Source: Fibrobacteria bacterium (GTDB lineage Bacteria; Fibrobacterota; Fibrobacteria; UBA11236). Taken from it: 64,000 nt of DNA. Below the pieces are notes generated by a model, which did no database searches, was not told where the DNA came from, and saw nothing but the letters and a program-made list of their open reading frames with translations. The DNA is taken from assembly GCA_043745805.1 (NCBI GenBank), contig JAYTSD010000008.1:160001-224000 (forward strand), read 5' to 3'. Positions 59,109 to 64,000 of this stretch are shown in pieces. A program made the position numbers and the translations under genes. The first letter of the stretch is position 1; every line of letters begins with the position of its first letter.

Positions 59109-59972
59109 ATGAAACCATTCAACCCTAATCCCGAACCAACCTCATACTCTGAGCAAAAAGGCGGGGGTCTACTCACCGTAGTAACTGCCGCTGCAGTTGT
59201 TTTTGCCTTAGTACAGGGATCCGTTTATTACAAAGCCAATGCGAGTGCAAAATTTGTATCAGGGGAAAAAAGTAAAGTCGTAGCCCTACAAGTAGCCGAA
59301 TCCGGCATTGAAACGAATATATCCGCTATTGGAAATAAATCTCTCAAGATAACCGCCAATATGAATAATTATCAAACTTATAGTGGCAAGGCCATAGGTA
59401 GTGGCAATTTTTCCTCCAGTTTAACCACAAAAAGCGTCTCACCTTCAGCAGACACCGTGGATATTACCTCTACCGGAACCATGAATAATAAATCACAAAC
59501 CATAAATGCCCGTTTAAAAATCAGAAAATATTTGGATACTGCAATTACCACGTCCCTGCTTACAGCATGGGACACTACATATACCTACTCCACGAAGACA
59601 GTAATGGATACAACTATTACAAATACTATAAAAGATCCTAATACCATGCCCGATCTGAATGTTACGCCAGCCTATATTGCCTGTTTTGCTTCCGCAGCAA
59701 AAAAATGCGATGTTTGTCATTTACCTGGAGGTGATGCTACTAAGTCCAATGTGATTAGTATTTCAAAATCAGCCATAAATACACATATTTCGCATCATGG
59801 GGATTATGTAACCACCGATGGAACTTGTGATATGTATAAGGCCGTGGTTACAAAAACAATAGCCAGCGTTAGTAAAACCGATACCACTAGAATTATAAAG
59901 CTAGATACGACTTTTGTTACAGCAAAAGTGATTGATACCGCTTATAAAACACAGGTATTATCTTGGAAATAA
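59109..59972 (+). CDS. PilX/GspK-like minor pilin with inserted CxxCH/His-rich module
   Basis: EQKG|G..L hydrophobic helix lacking Glu5, ALQVAESGI, ITSTG, terminal VLSWK; internal CDVCH and HISHHGD. Confidence 0.75.
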   Translation: MKPFNPNPEPTSYSEQKGGGLLTVVTAAAVVFALVQGSVYYKANASAKFVSGEKSKVVALQVAESGIETNISAIGNKSLKITANMNNYQTYSGKAIGSGNFSSSLTTKSVSPSADTVDITSTGTMNNKSQTINARLKIRKYLDTAITTSLLTAWDTTYTYSTKTVMDTTITNTIKDPNTMPDLNVTPAYIACFASAAKKCDVCHLPGGDATKSNVISISKSAINTHISHHGDYVTTDGTCDMYKAVVTKTIASVSKTDTTRIIKLDTTFVTAKVIDTAYKTQVLSWK

Positions 59973-59998
59973 TGTTCGTGTATTTTGCTTAAACTTTT

Positions 59999-60025
59999 AA
60001 AGGGAGTCTTAGACTCCCTTTTTTT
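59999..60025 (+). terminator. Intrinsic terminator after the pilin cassette
   Basis: AAAGGGAGTC-TTA-GACTCCCTTT followed by TTTT. Confidence 0.85.
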
Positions 60026-60070
60026 ATCTAAATAGTTTTATTCTGAAATTCACTAAAAACTGGAATTGAT

Positions 60071-60529
60071 TTAGAATGAATTTAATTGCCAAAAATAATT
60101 ACTCTCGGTTGTGTATACGTTTAAAATGTAAGACTTATTTTTAACAAATGTCTCAACCGGCCACGCATCGGCATTAAATAAAGCCTGTTGGCTTTCCATC
60201 AATCCAATAAGTCGATTAGCGCCATCCACATAACCCATACGATATGATCCAACAGGGATTCTAAATGTCTTCGACTTAGATTGCGAATATGCTACTGTAC
60301 CTACTAAAACTTCTAGTTTTGGATTATCTAATGAGCTTGAAGCTTTATTAAAAAACTTAAAAGTCAAAGGACCTGGATCAACATCTATCCTATTAAAAAT
60401 TTCAACGTTAACCGAGTCCTTAGCAATCGTAGTATCCGGTCCACTGCCCGTCACATCTGCCGCTTTGCAAGCAAATAAAATCAACGCCACAAAACCATAA
60501 GCCAAAAGTTTTGAAATCATTGTCTGCAT
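60071..60529 (-). CDS. Hypothetical lipoprotein
   Basis: Lipobox LFAC; AAGGAG SD before ATG 60529. Confidence 0.65.
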   Translation of the reverse strand: MQTMISKLLAYGFVALILFACKAADVTGSGPDTTIAKDSVNVEIFNRIDVDPGPLTFKFFNKASSSLDNPKLEVLVGTVAYSQSKSKTFRIPVGSYRMGYVDGANRLIGLMESQQALFNADAWPVETFVKNKSYILNVYTTESNYFWQLNSF

Positions 60530-60583
60530 TTTAGCTCCTTTTAATTTATTCACAGTCATTAATATTTATAATAATTTGCATGA

Positions 60584-61726
60584 TTAAAGATAAATTCTTT
60601 CTACTCGAGATCCCAAAGAACAAATAATATCATAAGGATGAGTTTGTTTAATTTTAACCCAATCTTCAATAGTTAATTCTACTCGGCCCTGTTTCCCAAC
60701 AATAGTGGCAATATCCCCTACTCTGGCCTTAGGGCTAACGGTTAAATCCACGGTGATATAATCCATCGAAACTCGGCCAATAATGGGGCAAAGCTGGCCT
60801 CCTATTAAAATGCGTCCCGAATTACTCGCCGCTAAAGGAATGCCATCGGCATAACCCACAGGTAAAGTTCCTACCCAAGTATCCTTGAACAAAGTATGTG
60901 TACAGCCATAACCTATGGTATAACCTGCAGGTAACTTGCGCCGCGCAATGAGTCGAGTTTTCAAAGCCAAAGTTGGACGTAATTTATAAGCGCGACGACC
61001 TTGCAGATCGAATACTCCATAAAGATTAATACCCGTGCGCACCAAATTAAAATAGGCTCCGGGGAAATTATTAATGCCATCGGAATTCGCCATGTGAATT
61101 AATGGGAAGGTTAACCCATCGGTTTCCCATTGTTTGAGTAAGGTTTGAAAAATTTCCTGCTGCTCTAAACTTTTATGATGACTTGGATTATTTGCATTTG
61201 AGAAATGGGAATAAATACCCTCCAATTTTAACCCTGGCAATTTTGCAATTTTTTTAACCGACTCGTAGGCTTCAAAATACGGCAAACCCATGCGTCCCAT
61301 TCCCGTATCTATTTTTACATGCGCGGTCACCACTTTTTTTTGTCTCAGCGCTTCTTGTGATAAATGTTGCGCCAAGGAAATATCGGTTATAGGACAAATT
61401 ACACCTAATTTTACCGCTTCGGGGATTTCATCCGGCAATAAGCCACCTAAAATTTGTACAGGTTGGAACACAACTTGTCGAAGCTGCTTCGCTTCCTTTA
61501 ATTCGGCCACCCCAAAACGATCCACTTTCATAGTACTAAGGGCCTTGGCGATCGCTAATGCCCCCAAACCATAGGCATTGGCTTTCAATACGGCCATCAC
61601 TTTTGCTGGCTTCACGGTTATTTGGATTTGCGAAAAATTTTTCCCAATAGCCTCCAAATCCACCTCCAACCATACACGAGAGGGTGTGGCGAGTTTAGAA
61701 AGGTTTTTTGGCTTGCTAACTGCCAT
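60584..61726 (-). CDS. alr: Alanine racemase
   Basis: AVLKANAYG PLP lysine, HVKIDTGMGR, YSHF, ANS, IGYG, GYADG, GRVSMD. Confidence 0.95.
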   Translation of the reverse strand: MAVSKPKNLSKLATPSRVWLEVDLEAIGKNFSQIQITVKPAKVMAVLKANAYGLGALAIAKALSTMKVDRFGVAELKEAKQLRQVVFQPVQILGGLLPDEIPEAVKLGVICPITDISLAQHLSQEALRQKKVVTAHVKIDTGMGRMGLPYFEAYESVKKIAKLPGLKLEGIYSHFSNANNPSHHKSLEQQEIFQTLLKQWETDGLTFPLIHMANSDGINNFPGAYFNLVRTGINLYGVFDLQGRRAYKLRPTLALKTRLIARRKLPAGYTIGYGCTHTLFKDTWVGTLPVGYADGIPLAASNSGRILIGGQLCPIIGRVSMDYITVDLTVSPKARVGDIATIVGKQGRVELTIEDWVKIKQTHPYDIICSLGSRVERIYL

Positions 61727-61812
61727 AGTTTTTTTCTCTCCGCTAAAAAATGCCAATTATAATTCAAATTTAGAATTAAATTCATAAGGTCAAAATGATT
61801 CCGGGGACTAGC

Positions 61813-62991
61813 ATGAAAAGCTCATTGCCTTTTTTAATATCTGCTCTTTTATTGAGCAATGCCATGGCTCAAACCAAAATTGAGCATAAAAATGAAGACC
61901 TTTCTACCCAAAATTTTAGTGGTAAGGACTTAACCGATGCAAAATTCTTAAACTGCGTACTTGATAATACCAAGTTTAATCAAACTCTAGGCAACAAAGC
62001 TTCCTTCGAGGCTTCATCCGGCAAGGCCTTGACTTTTTCAACCGCACAACTTTATGAAACTAATTTTCGCAAAGTTAATTTTAACAGTGGCGATTTTCGT
62101 AATACAGATTTTCGAGGAAGTAATTTTTCTAAAGCCAATCTTGATGGTGCTAATTTTCAAAATGCGGTTTTGTTAGATGCTGTTTTTGAAGCCACCTCTA
62201 TTGTCAAAGGCAATTTCAAAGAAAGCAAGTTTAATGAAAAAGCCAATTTTGCAAAATCCAATTTAGAAGGCGTGCAATTCAAAAATAACAGTTTAGAACA
62301 AGCGGATTTTTCAAGTTCTAATTTAAAGGATGCGGTTTTTGCCTCGGTTAAATTTCAAGGGACGGACTTCAGCGATTGTAAAATGGAAAACGTAAACTTT
62401 GCCGAAAGCAATATGTCGAATGTTGAAATGCCAAAGTTAATTTTTGCCAAAGCGAATTTTGCCTCGGTTAATTTAATGGAAGCCAATTTAAAAAAATCTT
62501 CCTTCACGGATAGTCGATTTGAAAAGGCTGAGCTCGGATTCACCAACTTAAATGGTGCAAAATGCGAGCGCTGCAATTTCACCTATGCCTCTTTCTACAA
62601 AACCGATATTGAACATGCCGAGTTCACCAATTCCATTTTCAATGTGACCACATTTGATATGACTGAATTAGTACGGGTTAATTTCAGCGGCTCACAAATG
62701 TCTAAAGCAAAATTTTCAGTTGAAAAGATCAGTAATGTAAACTTCTCACATACCGATTTAAAAAATGCTGATTTTACCGGCGTAAAACTTTTTAACTGTG
62801 ATTTTTCCGATGCCGATTTAAGCAGTGCGCGTTTTGACAATGCCTTTATTACTGGATGTGATTTTAGCGGCGCCATATTAACCAGTGCTTATTGGGATGT
62901 AGATAATTTAAAGAAAAACTATTTCAGTACCAGCACACGCTTTCCACGAAACTATAGCCCCTTACCCAGCCAAATGCGGGTAAAGCAATAG
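61813..62991 (+). CDS. Secreted pentapeptide-repeat protein
   Basis: Signal peptide MKSSLPFLISALLLSNAMA; nearly the whole mature chain consists of A(D/N)F/Lxx repeats. Confidence 0.9.
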   Translation: MKSSLPFLISALLLSNAMAQTKIEHKNEDLSTQNFSGKDLTDAKFLNCVLDNTKFNQTLGNKASFEASSGKALTFSTAQLYETNFRKVNFNSGDFRNTDFRGSNFSKANLDGANFQNAVLLDAVFEATSIVKGNFKESKFNEKANFAKSNLEGVQFKNNSLEQADFSSSNLKDAVFASVKFQGTDFSDCKMENVNFAESNMSNVEMPKLIFAKANFASVNLMEANLKKSSFTDSRFEKAELGFTNLNGAKCERCNFTYASFYKTDIEHAEFTNSIFNVTTFDMTELVRVNFSGSQMSKAKFSVEKISNVNFSHTDLKNADFTGVKLFNCDFSDADLSSARFDNAFITGCDFSGAILTSAYWDVDNLKKNYFSTSTRFPRNYSPLPSQMRVKQ

Positions 62992-63025
62992 TCCACCCCT
63001 ATCGCTGATCAAGGCCCTTAAGCCC

Positions 63026-63053
63026 TTGTAAGCGTTTTTTTTATTGTTATAAT
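63026..63053 (+). promoter_or_regulatory. Putative promoter with extended -10
   Basis: TTGTAA-N16-TATAAT with TGn immediately before the -10. Confidence 0.6.
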
Positions 63054-63059
63054 CATTAA

Positions 63060-64000
63060 ATGAGAAGAAATCTATTGCATCCCGGTGCCACCGAATTGGT
63101 GTATGAAATTCGGGAAATTGTTAAAAAAGCTAATTTGTTTAAAAAAGTTGGCGTAGAAGTTTATTGGGAAAATATTGGGGACCCAATTCAAAAAGGATCT
63201 CCCCTACCCGAATGGCTCAAAAAAATCGTATCCGATTTAGCGCTCGACTCCAAAAGTTATGGCTATTGTCCCACCAAGGGCGTATTAGAAACACGTGAAT
63301 TTTTAGCCGAAAAGTGTAATAGCTTAAAGGGTGTGCAAATCACTGCCGAAGATATTCTTTTTTGCAATGGCTTAGGCGATGCTATTTCCAAGGTTTATCA
63401 ATATCTCGATCCAGGCGTAAGGGTAATTGGTCCTTCGCCGGCTTATTCCACGCACTCTTCTGCCGAAGGTGGACATGCAGGTCAGCCACCTATTACATAT
63501 AATCTGCTTCCGGAAAACAATTGGTATCCCGATATGCAGGAGTTACGTAACAAAATCAAATACAATCCTAATATTGTAGGGATTTTAATTATTAATCCCG
63601 ATAATCCTACAGGAATGGTGTATCCTGAAAGTTACCTCCGTGAAATAGTCGCTTTGGCCAAAGAGTTTAAGCTGTTTTTAGTTTCCGACGAAATCTATAC
63701 GCAAATCACTTATAATGGTGCGAAAGCCATTCCGCTTTCTGCGGTGATAGGTGAAGTTTGTGGTATTGCCATGAAAGGAATTTCCAAGGAATTTCCATGG
63801 CCGGGTTCGCGTTGCGGTTGGATGGAATTTTATAATACCGATAAAGATGCTGAATTTGCTCGCTTAGTTAAAACCATAGAAGATTCAAAAATGTTGGAAG
63901 TCTGTTCCACCACACTTCCGCAAATGGCTATTCCAGCTATTATGAGTCATCCCGAATTTCCTAAATATCGCGACACCGTGAATCAAAAAATTCAGCGTCG
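63060..64000 (+). CDS. PLP-dependent aminotransferase, AlaA-like (runs off window; absent from the ORF track)
   Basis: MRRNLLHPGATELVYEIREIV..., ENIGDP, INPDNPTG, SDEIY, GISKEFPWPGSRCGW. Confidence 0.9.
   Translation, partial: MRRNLLHPGATELVYEIREIVKKANLFKKVGVEVYWENIGDPIQKGSPLPEWLKKIVSDLALDSKSYGYCPTKGVLETREFLAEKCNSLKGVQITAEDILFCNGLGDAISKVYQYLDPGVRVIGPSPAYSTHSSAEGGHAGQPPITYNLLPENNWYPDMQELRNKIKYNPNIVGILIINPDNPTGMVYPESYLREIVALAKEFKLFLVSDEIYTQITYNGAKAIPLSAVIGEVCGIAMKGISKEFPWPGSRCGWMEFYNTDKDAEFARLVKTIEDSKMLEVCSTTLPQMAIPAIMSHPEFPKYRDTVNQKIQR

Overview
AT-rich bacterial chromosomal window with no transposases, integrases, prophage or CRISPR array. Gene content points to a diderm of the Fibrobacterota/FCB neighbourhood (inference). 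Most of it is housekeeping: xseAB, fbaA, fabF, orn, mreBCD-mrdA-rodA-comF, oppABC, psd, gap-pgk-tpiA-secG-tRNA-Leu, ilvD, alr, two aminotransferases and tRNA-Ser. The notable parts are: (1) a ~13 kb minus-strand Agl/Glt-like trans-envelope motor locus (20.5-33.2 kb) encoding a beta-helix/TSP3/OmpA protein, a beta-barrel-TPR fusion, a giant TPR protein, a TolQ/ExbB, two ExbDs (one with Asn at the proton-conducting Asp), an AgmX/PglI-type TonB-like protein with a diverged stand-alone duplicate of its C-terminal domain, and a further beta-barrel; (2) a 17-nt inverted match in this locus between the predicted 5' end of the operon mRNA and the RBS of the last barrel gene, with both mismatches G-U compatible, suggesting cis-encoded antisense control; (3) a minor-pilin cassette whose PilX-like subunit carries a Thr-rich stalk tipped by a CxxCH/His-rich module; (4) an FHA-TM-lytic transglycosylase near a Hanks-type kinase; (5) an unannotated EndoIII-type [4Fe-4S]-motif protein and a 59-aa Hc1-like gene missed by the ORF track. 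All calls come from motif recognition by eye; no database search was run.
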